This document shows positions 37,278 through 46,944 of a stretch of DNA of 58,829 bases, in pieces (the stretch's first letter is position 1; each line of letters begins with the position of its first letter). The stretch comes from a virus. Its lineage: Duplodnaviria > Caudoviricetes. The DNA is taken from the IMG/VR virus record IMGVR_UViG_3300037247_000927, positions 1-58,829 of that record. One strand, given 5' to 3'. Both the position numbers and the translations under genes were made by a program. The notes under the pieces were generated by a model. The model saw only the letters and a list, made by a program, of their open reading frames with translations. It was not told the origin of the DNA and made no database searches.

Positions 37278-37961
37278 ATGTCCAATGTTGGAGAGCTTGT
37301 TGAATTCATTTCTGAGCAGCTAAATGATGCTGATGCAGGCAATGAAAATATCCGATGGACCAAAGACCTTGTAAGGAAGTACATCACTAATGCGGTCATC
37401 GCTACCGCATCACTTGCTCCAAGCCTGTTCTCTATGCCAAAGGAAATCACTTTGGCTAGAGATACATGCGTTCATGAAATCTGTGATGAGTGCGATAAAT
37501 TTGGCGGTATCCTGGCGGTTGATGGCAATGAATGCTCATCTGAAAAGAATCTTGGTAAGAAGCATAGAAAACTACTCTCTCACTTTTCTGATTCCGTATG
37601 TGAAAGCACTTCAGAAGCTTATGAGACGGGCGGTGTTGAGTTTTCCAACAAGACTCCATGCATCTTCTTAACTGCAAACAAAACACCCCTGAACAGGGAC
37701 GTGAAGGCTCTTGTGAGCTGTGTTGAGTACCCTGACCGAGACGAAATGAAAGCTCAGGGTGACGACTTTGTTTTGCCGAGGGCAATTTGTGGTGAATTGA
37801 GTTCTGCTGTTTACGAGCATATTCTTTACCAGGCAAGAGAAAAGGATTTGGAAATTGATTCCTCTCAGCCTCAACAAACCTCTCATTTCAATCGGTTCCT
37901 ATTGCTGGTCAGGGGTTATCTGGCTGCTGATGATAGGTTTGAAGAATTGCAGGAGGCTTAA
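37278..37961 (+). CDS. Head-tail adaptor-like protein
   Basis: QLND...RWTKDLVRKYITNA; position in the structural module. Confidence 0.65.
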   Translation: MSNVGELVEFISEQLNDADAGNENIRWTKDLVRKYITNAVIATASLAPSLFSMPKEITLARDTCVHEICDECDKFGGILAVDGNECSSEKNLGKKHRKLLSHFSDSVCESTSEAYETGGVEFSNKTPCIFLTANKTPLNRDVKALVSCVEYPDRDEMKAQGDDFVLPRAICGELSSAVYEHILYQAREKDLEIDSSQPQQTSHFNRFLLLVRGYLAADDRFEELQEA

Positions 37962-38665
37962 TGAGCATCTTTTGTAATTCAAATCCGGTCCCGTTTTCAC
38001 AGTTGTTTTGGTATATATCCCCTCACGTTGTAAGGGACGGTGATGGCGATCTGCCTGATCCCGTTATTGAGAAGTATCTTAAATCCGCTGCTACAAAGTT
38101 CATCAAGGATTCTGAGATCATCAGGCGTTGGCTCAGTATTGATGGCCAGGAATGCGTTGCTGATTACCCTATCGAGCTTGAGGATTGCTACGCTCCACTG
38201 TCGATAAAGAGTCTTTACGTTAATAGCGTGAGATATCATCCGGGCCATGAAGAAGACAGGCCTGTTGGCCATGAACCATTTGTTGATTCTTTCAGGCCTA
38301 TAAGCGGTAGCAGAGGTTTCAATACTTTCTGGCTTCAGGAACGTAATTGGGTTTATATGAACCCGGCCCCAGGTGAAGATTGCGTTGGCTCGATTCAGAT
38401 GTATTTATCTGTTTATCCGACCAGTGAAACATGTTCTTTGCCGGAAGATATTTACCACGAATGGGGTGAAGACATTGCCAATGGTGCGCTGGCTGAGATT
38501 TTATCCATCAGAAGTGAGCCGTGGTATGATCCAACGCAATCGAGATTAAGAGAGCGCAAGTTTAAAGCAGCTATAAATGATGCGAAAAACAGTGCGATTA
38601 AAGGTAATGTTGCTGGCAAGCATAGGCCTGTCAGATCAGGATTTCATGTGAGGAATTTTCGATGA
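37961..38665 (+). CDS. Second adaptor/tail tubular-like protein
   Basis: PDPVIEKYLKSAATKF...IANGALAEIL...PWYDP. Confidence 0.65.
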   Translation: MSIFCNSNPVPFSQLFWYISPHVVRDGDGDLPDPVIEKYLKSAATKFIKDSEIIRRWLSIDGQECVADYPIELEDCYAPLSIKSLYVNSVRYHPGHEEDRPVGHEPFVDSFRPISGSRGFNTFWLQERNWVYMNPAPGEDCVGSIQMYLSVYPTSETCSLPEDIYHEWGEDIANGALAEILSIRSEPWYDPTQSRLRERKFKAAINDAKNSAIKGNVAGKHRPVRSGFHVRNFR

Positions 38666-39066
38666 GTGTATTTATCTATCACGCATATGCTGATAACAAA
38701 CCAGCTATGGCATTTAATGATTTGTTGACTGTGCCATCCAATATTGAAGACACGGATGATTTCTCAGAGAGTGTTTTTGAGCGAGAGCAAGAGCTTCGTG
38801 AGAACGCAGACTTCCTTGTTTTTATTGCGACCCCGAAATCAGGTGGAAGCTGGCTGGCTCAAGACGCAATATACGCTGCACAATCAGAGTCAAGCCTTGT
38901 CATTCTGATTATTCTGGATGAAGAGGGCGGCAGCACATTTAGCGAAAGCGAGGAAATGCGGCTTGGTGCTGGCTCTGTAATCTTGCTACACAATGGCGGC
39001 AAAACATTCAGGACGCTTGAAGATGCGGCCAACTACATTAATGATTGGGACCCGCTGATGTCATGA
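38662..39066 (+). CDS. Degenerate NDT/TIR-like flavodoxin-fold protein
   Basis: VFIYHAYAD, ADFLVFIATPKS, GGSTF...NGGKTFRTLEDAANYIN. Confidence 0.55.
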   Translation: MSVFIYHAYADNKPAMAFNDLLTVPSNIEDTDDFSESVFEREQELRENADFLVFIATPKSGGSWLAQDAIYAAQSESSLVILIILDEEGGSTFSESEEMRLGAGSVILLHNGGKTFRTLEDAANYINDWDPLMS

Positions 39067-39551
39067 GCGTAAAGCAGTACATTCAAATTGACGGCACGAT
39101 AGGGGCTACTGTATTCAGGCTCACTGAAGGTGCTTGCTGTCAGATTGATCATCAGGATGATGGAATCACGGCACAGATTTACAGAAAAGGAAAAGAAGAA
39201 ACTGATGATTTGTTGGTTGAGTACCCTCTGAGTGAGAGAACTGGTGATGAGTTCAGCTTCTTCTGGAATGCAGCCTTATATAGACTTTGTGCTGGCTGGT
39301 ACATTGTCAAGATTGTCAATGGGTGCAGGGAATGTGGAAGGCATACAATGCGTATTGGGAATAGATGTTATTCTCAATATCTTGAAAACATAAAAACTCA
39401 GAATGATCCATGTTTTGACATCGGAGTGAATACGAAGGAATGCAAGTCTGCTCCATCTCCGGTTGTTTATTGTTGCCCTGTAGACTATCTCTTGCTTGAT
39501 GGCGGAGACTTATTCCTGCTTGATGGTGGGGACGCATTAATTTTAAATTAA
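39063..39551 (+). CDS. Cys-rich virion protein ending in an LLLDGGDLFLLDGGD motif
   Basis: ATGA-coupled MSVKQY; 10 Cys. Confidence 0.65.
   Translation: MSVKQYIQIDGTIGATVFRLTEGACCQIDHQDDGITAQIYRKGKEETDDLLVEYPLSERTGDEFSFFWNAALYRLCAGWYIVKIVNGCRECGRHTMRIGNRCYSQYLENIKTQNDPCFDIGVNTKECKSAPSPVVYCCPVDYLLLDGGDLFLLDGGDALILN
39501..39532 (+). repeat. 32-bp exact direct repeat, copy 2
   Basis: Identical to 29747-29778. Confidence 0.95.
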
Positions 39552-39594
39552 TAGGAGCGGTGGGTTAAAGCTCTTAATTTGTTAAGGAAAAGCG

Positions 39595-41022
39595 ATGCTT
39601 ATTTTTTACAACGTATTCATAACAGACCTTGATGTTCAGCTTTTGGCTTCTGATCTCACAATGAGTCTGGACGATTCAGGTACATTGTGCGCTGACCTTG
39701 CAGCAACTCCCGGCTCATACACCTACTTTCAGATCAGCGATGGAATTAACTTCGAAATAGTTAAGGTCACTGGTTGTACTGGCCCGCTGATTGATATCGA
39801 GCGTGGTCAAGGTGACACTGATGCAGCTAATTTTGCAGCAGGGACTTGCGTGGCATTCAGGCTCAATGATGTCGTTCTTTCAGACTACATTTGCTCACTC
39901 TCATGCCAGGACGAAGAAGATATCGTTTGTAATATCGTAACTGGTGCGCCGGGATTTATTGAGCTTTCGAGAGACGGCTGTGAAATGACAGTTGACTTTG
40001 TTCCATACACTGCTGGTGTTGGGATTGATATTACTGACAATGATATATCGACTGACCTGTGCAACCTTGATCCTACGTCTGAGCTTGACAATACCGCCAA
40101 CTTTATTATTTGCAAGAATGGTGTTCCGTGGCAGGTTAACTTTGCTGTACTGGTAGAGGAAATTGGTGCGTGCGGGGAAGGTGCTGCGGCCCCTGGCGTT
40201 CAGTCAGTTGTTGGTGGTACTGGGATCAATGTCACAGGCACAGCAGAAGTCCCAATTGTCAACATGGATGAAGTTCTGGTTGGCGGCGGAAGCTTCCTTG
40301 GTATCACATTCAATAATCTTGGGCAGGCTATTGTTGTTCCGGGCACTGATCCGCTGATTCCTGTTGCTTTGCCTGATGGAAATTACGACCCTGCAAATAT
40401 TACTGTTGCTGGTGGTTTGATAACGGCTATCTCAACATCAACAAGCTTTGGTGTTGTGAGCGTTTCTCAAACTGTTGGCGCAAGCGTAACAGTAGACAAT
40501 ACAGACCCAAATAATCCTCTTATAGAGCTTCCTGACAGTACTTTAGTGCCGGGGACATACTCAGGCTTCACCTTTGATGATAAAGGCCGTGCTACAGCAT
40601 TTGTAGCCCCTCCTGATGCCATAACATCAATCACCACTCCTATCGGCTCCAGGCTCACTATTACAGGGCCTGTGGCCGGTGTAGTGGACATAGATCATGA
40701 TGACAGTGGTGTGGGTGCTGGTATATACAATGGGATCACTGTTGATGCCAAGGGTCATGTTGTCAGTGTTACCGGTTCTGGTGTTTCAAGATGGGTTGGT
40801 ACTGCCGCTTCAGTTGCTTCTCTCACGGAAAACCTGACTGCCACTAATGTAGGCGCGACAATGACGCTTACCTTTACCATTCCGACTTCAAACCCTCTCT
40901 ATCATGTGATGGCTAGTGATGATGCTGGCACACAGTTTCCTGTGACATCAAGGGGTGCAGGTGTTTTCGATATTGACACAACAGGTGTTGTTGGTTTGGT
41001 CTATGTCACAGCAATTGGTTGA
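39595..41022 (+). CDS. Tail fibre protein
   Basis: EIVKVTG..IERGQGDTDAANFAAG N-terminal domain; repeated GxYxGITxDxKGxV motifs. Confidence 0.85.
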   Translation: MLIFYNVFITDLDVQLLASDLTMSLDDSGTLCADLAATPGSYTYFQISDGINFEIVKVTGCTGPLIDIERGQGDTDAANFAAGTCVAFRLNDVVLSDYICSLSCQDEEDIVCNIVTGAPGFIELSRDGCEMTVDFVPYTAGVGIDITDNDISTDLCNLDPTSELDNTANFIICKNGVPWQVNFAVLVEEIGACGEGAAAPGVQSVVGGTGINVTGTAEVPIVNMDEVLVGGGSFLGITFNNLGQAIVVPGTDPLIPVALPDGNYDPANITVAGGLITAISTSTSFGVVSVSQTVGASVTVDNTDPNNPLIELPDSTLVPGTYSGFTFDDKGRATAFVAPPDAITSITTPIGSRLTITGPVAGVVDIDHDDSGVGAGIYNGITVDAKGHVVSVTGSGVSRWVGTAASVASLTENLTATNVGATMTLTFTIPTSNPLYHVMASDDAGTQFPVTSRGAGVFDIDTTGVVGLVYVTAIG

Positions 41023-41031
41023 TAATGAACG

Positions 41032-43584
41032 ATGATACGCAACTCCAAATTTGGCGGGTTAATACCACGAATCCATGCGAGGATTCTGCCTAACGGTTCT
41101 GCTGAAGTTTCTGTAGATGTAAATCTTGAGCATGGCTCTATCAAGCCGTGGCCAAAGCCAAGCTTAAAATGCGATGTCGGACAAGATATCGTTACCATTC
41201 ACTTTGATAAAAACTGCGCATGTGTGACATGGCCTATTCCTGTTGATGTTGTCGATTACATTGCTGGTGGCTGTGAATTCAAAATCTGGAATGAGCGGGA
41301 CAGATTGAGGATTGAATCACCACCTAATTTCTGTAATGGTCTTGAATGCTTTCTCGGTGTTCCGTGTCCAACAGAACCTTTATTGATAGATGATGACGGA
41401 ATATATGTCTATACATGGATAAATAAATTTGGCCAGGAAAGCCCTCCCTTCATGAACCCTTCAGGGTCGCAACCACCACCAGCAGCATTATCCGACTGCA
41501 ACGAAATATGGAATGTTGGCGTTTTGATACCTGATTTGCATGTAGGCGGCGTTGTTTCAAATGTGTGGAATGGTGATCTGATAAGAGGAATAGGTGTTCT
41601 TAAAGACGCTCGTGTAGACACCGTATACACCACCAACGATACAGACAATTATACCCGATATCCCGGTTTCAACCCCGGCGTGGAGGATGGTGTTGCAGAA
41701 GTTTTCTATCCAGAATGCCAATGGTATAACTATGCAGGTCCATTGCTTGATAACCAAATGGCAGGTACAACATTTGACCTGAGTGATGCAGAGTGGACTC
41801 CGTTTGGAACACCGACATTTGCATTTGCTGATGGTCTGGATGGTGAACCGCTATGGTCAGTTATTATGACTGACAACAATCCTGCTGGTGTTGAGGGCGT
41901 GTTCAAGGGAACAGCGCTAAACTCTCTGCCGGTTGATACAGAGCCGTTCGTAACGAGATTCGCAATTCATAAAGCCACTGGAGCGTTGGATGATTCTGAG
42001 CTAAAGAGCAATCCTGAAGGCGGCCCTGGTATTGAAATATTCTTTAACACGTTTACTGGTGTTGCAACATTGGGCGCAGGGGTTGGCCCGAATCAGGCGT
42101 TCGAGGTTAGGGGTAATGGTAACTGGTGGGAGGTCTATTTACAGACGGATGCGGATAATTCAGGTACAAGGGTGCTTGTTGCTATCGTAACGTCAACACC
42201 ATCTGGAGCGGGTGATATAAGGGTTGCAGATGTTGCGGTATTCGTACACAGAACAATCGGAATGGTCAGGGGTGGTGCAATAGAACCTAAAAAGAACGCA
42301 GCATCACCATCAAGCGTTATTGACATATCCAGAGATTTTCTTGATGCCGCCAATCACGATGATACAGAAGGGGGAGATTATATAGAGTTTAGACCAATGT
42401 ACGGGCATTCTGAAATAACCCGTGATGTTGAAGTCCTGTCGCTGAACGATGCTCCTGGATTGCTGTATATTGATCGCGTGAATGCTCTATTAACTGCAAC
42501 AGATGGGGTTAATGTAGCAACCGTACCACTGACACTGGTTGCTGAAACCAAGTACCGTTGTGGCGTTATATGGGGAGACTTCCTTCGGGTAGGTGTGGAC
42601 AGCGTGTGGGGTACTGCTGTTCCATACGATGGCGCATTTGCCGGTGGTTCTGATCTTGTCGTTTGCAGAAACGAAGAAGCGGTCAATATCTGGCGCGAGC
42701 TGAGGGGATTTCATGTTTCGTATACGGATGCCTTCAATGAAATATCCCTGTTAATGGAAGGGATAGGAATTGGAACAGATTGGGAATATGTCAGTACGAA
42801 TGCAGCAGAAGCCAGCGGCGATCCTTGGGCAGAAGGCGACATAATTACCATAACTGGTGGGCCTGTCTTTATCTACAATACAAACCTTGCTGCCCCTGAC
42901 GATATTTCAGGGCTTATCCACAGAGAGCCGTATGGTGCTGGCAATGGTGTATTCACAGGGCTTACCGTACATGGTTCTGAATTGGCGGATAGTGACCCTG
43001 ACGCATGGACAAGCGGTTGGCTGGATATTAGCACTGGAGTTCAAGGTGTTGATTATGAACTGGATACTGCATCCAATCTATCAAGGTTCAGGGATTTAAC
43101 TCCTGCTGGTATGACGAAGTTGATAACAAATAAGAAAATCGACAGTGGTGATACCGAATCATTCAGAATTATTGATGATATTTCAGGTGTAACTACTGCG
43201 TCTACTGCATTCACCTTCCTGTTGGCATTGCAGCTACAGGTTTATAAAGACGGTGTAAATAGGAACTGGATTACACTCGAAGGTTCTGATGATGGAACCA
43301 GCATAAACTGGCGTGTAAACCATACAACTTTCCTCACATTTGCTGACACATTGAAATCGCGCACATCAGCAAGTAGGGTGTATATGTACGTCAAGAGCGG
43401 TCAATGGGCGGTCTGGTTCGATGATGATGCTGCCCCTGCTGCAAGTGGTATAGTTCCTAGAGAGGGTGCAGATAGTGGTTCTGAACCTATTACAACCTGC
43501 CAGGCTGGTAACACCTTTGCTACTGGCGGAACAACAACCATGCTCTTAGGCTCAGATGTGTTTGGCAAGATGGAGACTATTTAA
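41032..43584 (+). CDS. Tail nozzle/stabilisation protein N-terminal fragment fused to ~700 aa of accessory beta domains
   Basis: FGGLIPRIHARILP...YVYTWINKFGQESPP followed by unrelated acidic beta-rich sequence. Confidence 0.65.
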   Translation: MIRNSKFGGLIPRIHARILPNGSAEVSVDVNLEHGSIKPWPKPSLKCDVGQDIVTIHFDKNCACVTWPIPVDVVDYIAGGCEFKIWNERDRLRIESPPNFCNGLECFLGVPCPTEPLLIDDDGIYVYTWINKFGQESPPFMNPSGSQPPPAALSDCNEIWNVGVLIPDLHVGGVVSNVWNGDLIRGIGVLKDARVDTVYTTNDTDNYTRYPGFNPGVEDGVAEVFYPECQWYNYAGPLLDNQMAGTTFDLSDAEWTPFGTPTFAFADGLDGEPLWSVIMTDNNPAGVEGVFKGTALNSLPVDTEPFVTRFAIHKATGALDDSELKSNPEGGPGIEIFFNTFTGVATLGAGVGPNQAFEVRGNGNWWEVYLQTDADNSGTRVLVAIVTSTPSGAGDIRVADVAVFVHRTIGMVRGGAIEPKKNAASPSSVIDISRDFLDAANHDDTEGGDYIEFRPMYGHSEITRDVEVLSLNDAPGLLYIDRVNALLTATDGVNVATVPLTLVAETKYRCGVIWGDFLRVGVDSVWGTAVPYDGAFAGGSDLVVCRNEEAVNIWRELRGFHVSYTDAFNEISLLMEGIGIGTDWEYVSTNAAEASGDPWAEGDIITITGGPVFIYNTNLAAPDDISGLIHREPYGAGNGVFTGLTVHGSELADSDPDAWTSGWLDISTGVQGVDYELDTASNLSRFRDLTPAGMTKLITNKKIDSGDTESFRIIDDISGVTTASTAFTFLLALQLQVYKDGVNRNWITLEGSDDGTSINWRVNHTTFLTFADTLKSRTSASRVYMYVKSGQWAVWFDDDAAPAASGIVPREGADSGSEPITTCQAGNTFATGGTTTMLLGSDVFGKMETI

Positions 43585-43696
43585 AATGAGAAACAAAGTT
43601 TTCATTTACACCACGAACCAGGGAAGCCTTCGAGTAAGGTGGAGTCACTTTTGTGAAATAGTTGATTGTTTGTCTCTGTTTTTATAGGTAAACAAT

Positions 43697-44914
43697 ATGC
43701 CAATTGTACAAATACCAACCCCGCCTGAAGGCCATTGCATAACAGGTGGTCGAATCTATAGGGTAGAAAAAGGTTGGAAAAGCGGTGACGAGCCAAAGAC
43801 TGAGCTTGGTTCTGGCGCATTTGCTGTTGCTGAATTTGATTTAGCTGGTAATGCGACATGGTTTAATCCTGCCATGCAGCTTGATACATACCGATACTTC
43901 GAGCCACCACAGAACACGAAAGGTCTTGAAGCCATGAAGAACGGAGCTTTAGTTACTTTTCGTGGCAAAAGGTTGTTTTTCTCTGAGCCGCCTTCACTTG
44001 GTCCTTCTCCGCACGCGTGGTCAGGGCTTCACGATATAGAGCTTGATTATGAAATCATCGGGATCAAGTCTGATGGCGAAAGGCTGTATGTTGGAACATG
44101 CAAATATCCATATATCGTGACACTGGAAACCCCAAGGACAGGTGACTACGTTTATAATGAAGTGAAGATTTCTGAATTTATGCCGCTTGCATCTGACAGG
44201 TCAATGGCTGTCACTGGTGATGGATTATTAATGATGACGCTCGAAGGCATAGCGCTGATCACCAAGTCATCAGGACTTACTGCTGCTTCCGCTGCGATTA
44301 TCAGTCATGGTCACTTCACAAGAAAGCAATGGAAAAACCTCAAGCCGGAAACTGGAGTGGCTGTTGCTGTTGCAGGCAAATATATTTTCAGCACCAGCGA
44401 AAAAGCGTATGTTTTCTTCTATGGTGGCCGGTCACATAATCATGCTGCTGAGCTTTCGCCATTAACTGAGCTTTCATTGCTGGCAACTCCGAATGATATG
44501 AAGTTGACGGACCAAGGCTCAATAATTTTTGACTGGCCGGAAGACCCTTGTTTGCCTATTCGTGACCAGATATACGAGTGGGATGTATCGGATGAAGAAG
44601 TTACTTGTCTAAATTGTCAGGAGTACCAATACAGGTCAAAGATTTATGTGGACAGTGAATGTGATAACCCTGGCGCTTTTAAAATATCATTTGATCAATC
44701 TCAGGGTAAAGTTAATTTCAAATTAAGAACGCACGATTGCGGGATTGCTGTAGTCAAGCACGAAAGGAATGTTTCTGACTGCAAGCCAAAGAGATTGCCT
44801 TCTGGATATTTAGCTACAGATTTTAGTTATGAAGTAACGGGATGCGCTGAGATTTATGAAGTGCATATTACAAATACAGTTGGAGATTTGGCGAGAGCGC
44901 CAAGGGAGCAATAA
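43697..44914 (+). CDS. Tail nozzle/stabilisation protein C-terminal fragment
   Basis: IPTPP..ITGGRIYR, PP..KGL..MKNG, LFFSEP..PHAW, YQYRSK, RLPSGY. Confidence 0.75.
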   Translation: MPIVQIPTPPEGHCITGGRIYRVEKGWKSGDEPKTELGSGAFAVAEFDLAGNATWFNPAMQLDTYRYFEPPQNTKGLEAMKNGALVTFRGKRLFFSEPPSLGPSPHAWSGLHDIELDYEIIGIKSDGERLYVGTCKYPYIVTLETPRTGDYVYNEVKISEFMPLASDRSMAVTGDGLLMMTLEGIALITKSSGLTAASAAIISHGHFTRKQWKNLKPETGVAVAVAGKYIFSTSEKAYVFFYGGRSHNHAAELSPLTELSLLATPNDMKLTDQGSIIFDWPEDPCLPIRDQIYEWDVSDEEVTCLNCQEYQYRSKIYVDSECDNPGAFKISFDQSQGKVNFKLRTHDCGIAVVKHERNVSDCKPKRLPSGYLATDFSYEVTGCAEIYEVHITNTVGDLARAPREQ

Positions 44915-45543
44915 TGAGTCAGAAAGAAAAAATCTATAAAGGGTCAATCAGCAACAGGCTGAAGTTTCCTGTCCATGATTTCAATGATGTCATTTTCATC
45001 ATGCGGGAGTTTATTCACGTTGAAAATATTCTCAAAGACCCTGATGTTGAAAACGAAAATGTAGTAAAGGTCATGGCTGAAGGTGCTTTAAATTTCGCTA
45101 TCAGCCACGTCAATATATTGCACACATGGTATGGGCTGGTCACTGGCGATTGGCATGTAGAAACAAGCAGGGTTGATGCAGCTTTTATGGACTCAACTTT
45201 GCACATGAACACGAATCCATTTTATGATCTATACAAACCACTGCTTGTCGGCCCGATGCTGTCAGCTCAGATCAGGTGGATTACAGGAAGAGTATTTGAG
45301 CAAGAGGCTGAAAATAAAGACGATCTAACAACGGCTTACACGGCTATCTCTGGGCTTTTCGATATATTCCCTATAATCGTGTATGCTTTTTTCTCAACCA
45401 TCAATTTGGGGTCGCCTGTGAAGACTCAGACATCTGCTATGAGGAATGCGCATGCGTTTTCTATTGCAATGCAAGCGGTTGTAAGAAACATTACTCTTGA
45501 AGAGTATCTTGATAAGCATATGAAAAGGATAGGTGAAAAGTAA
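44914..45543 (+). CDS. Helical podoviral protein (HTWDD-LVD family, motif degenerate here)
   Basis: LHTWYGLVTGD...NPFY...LEEY. Confidence 0.5.
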   Translation: MSQKEKIYKGSISNRLKFPVHDFNDVIFIMREFIHVENILKDPDVENENVVKVMAEGALNFAISHVNILHTWYGLVTGDWHVETSRVDAAFMDSTLHMNTNPFYDLYKPLLVGPMLSAQIRWITGRVFEQEAENKDDLTTAYTAISGLFDIFPIIVYAFFSTINLGSPVKTQTSAMRNAHAFSIAMQAVVRNITLEEYLDKHMKRIGEK

Positions 45544-46232
45544 TGGTATTCGGCATAGCCTTTGACATACTTGAAACTGCAATTGCAACTTTGGTTGCAG
45601 TATTTGCTTTGCTTCTTATTAAAAAATATGAAGACGAGATCAATGATGCCCATGACGCGATGAAAGGTTATCTGGATTTTCAGATGGACATCGCTGACTA
45701 TTATCATCGTTACTATGTCGATATTGTTAACCCGCAAGAACTTGTTGGTCTGTGCTATGCGTTGAATATGAACTTGGTTCCTCCTGGGTCATCAAACCCT
45801 TTTGCTGATTTTGACAGCCTTTCATCTTCAGCTTATGCAGATGCCAAGCACACAGCAAGAATGATGTTGTCAGGTAGCTGCAATACAGTCTTTCCTGCAT
45901 GTGATCGAGAGTTTGAAATCATGGCTGCTGTTTCTGGTGTTGACTCAGGTGAGGCCGAATCTCAATTTACGGCACGAAGAGGGGATAGGGTTCTTGCAGA
46001 AAAGGTCAAAACAATATTGGCGGCTATTAATTACAGTTACAAAAACCCGAACAGCATTCTTGGTTTCGTGAATAGCGCAATAAGTATTCAACAGAATCTA
46101 ATCAATATGGCAGCGACTGGATATAATGGTGCCATGGGTTTGCTTGGAGTGGGCCTTGGAATGCTTAGTAATACATTACAGCAACGCTCAAGAGAGGCTG
46201 AGCAAGAAACTCGGTCGAGCGAGGAAAGCTAA
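45543..46232 (+). CDS. Probable internal virion/ejection protein
   Basis: Hydrophobic termini; YNGAMGLLGVGLG; position. Confidence 0.55.
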   Translation: MVFGIAFDILETAIATLVAVFALLLIKKYEDEINDAHDAMKGYLDFQMDIADYYHRYYVDIVNPQELVGLCYALNMNLVPPGSSNPFADFDSLSSSAYADAKHTARMMLSGSCNTVFPACDREFEIMAAVSGVDSGEAESQFTARRGDRVLAEKVKTILAAINYSYKNPNSILGFVNSAISIQQNLINMAATGYNGAMGLLGVGLGMLSNTLQQRSREAEQETRSSEES

Positions 46233-46936
46233 TGTCATTTGCGGTTGTAACAGCAACAATACTTGAATCTGTTGTTGGCCTCTATGCCGCTGACAAAGCG
46301 CTGGATATCTACAAGCGCTACAGAAACTTGATGATCGACAATAAGCAGCGATCTATTCAGTTTGCTGGAGAAGCGTGGAATGCCGATAAGGCTCTGAAAG
46401 AGAAAACACCAGAAGCTTACAGTCAGATGAACGGCCTGCCAAGTTACAATCCTGATCTGACTGTATCTCAGCGTGCAAAGATTTCAATCTTCTCTACAAT
46501 GAGAAAAACAAAAGAATCCGTAGTGGGCAGATCAAGCAAGAGTCAGCTTGGCTTCAGAGACTCAATGGCCAGGGGCATTATGTTACCGATAGCTGCTGCA
46601 AGTGTATCTCTGATGGCTGATGCGAGAAAACATCAATTCGGACTTGAAGAGGCCTACAGGCAAATTAAGTCCAGGGGCATCGTAGGGATCGCTTCTGGTG
46701 GCGCTTACTCTGGTGGCGTTGTCAGTGCCTTCAAGTCAAATGCAAATGTGTTGTCAGACATCTCAGCAGCATACGCGCAGAGCTTTAATGGAGCCTTGGC
46801 AACAATAGGTGTTGGCGTTGGCCAGATACTTGAAATAACATCAAGACCACGATCCAGCGAACAAGGCGAAGCAACAAGTGGCGTTGTGTTTCCTGACACG
46901 CCATCGACGAATAGTACATTCGGACCACCAGTTTAG
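46232..46936 (+). CDS. Probable internal virion/ejection protein, paralogue of the preceding gene
   Basis: ILESVV..KRY and FNGALATIGVGVG match the preceding protein. Confidence 0.55.
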   Translation: MSFAVVTATILESVVGLYAADKALDIYKRYRNLMIDNKQRSIQFAGEAWNADKALKEKTPEAYSQMNGLPSYNPDLTVSQRAKISIFSTMRKTKESVVGRSSKSQLGFRDSMARGIMLPIAAASVSLMADARKHQFGLEEAYRQIKSRGIVGIASGGAYSGGVVSAFKSNANVLSDISAAYAQSFNGALATIGVGVGQILEITSRPRSSEQGEATSGVVFPDTPSTNSTFGPPV

Positions 46937-46944
46937 GAGTTAAT

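Noticed and set aside
29747-39532. DGR template/variable repeat or invertible segment
   Set aside because: The repeats are short and direct, the differences are synonymous and not adenine-specific, and there is no reverse transcriptase or invertase
43586-43699. TAG read-through or an intron-like acceptor (TTTTATAG) joining the nozzle fragments
   Set aside because: The upstream 33-codon ORF does not restore the missing motifs, no group I/II intron features are visible, and the intervening DNA is one continuous ORF
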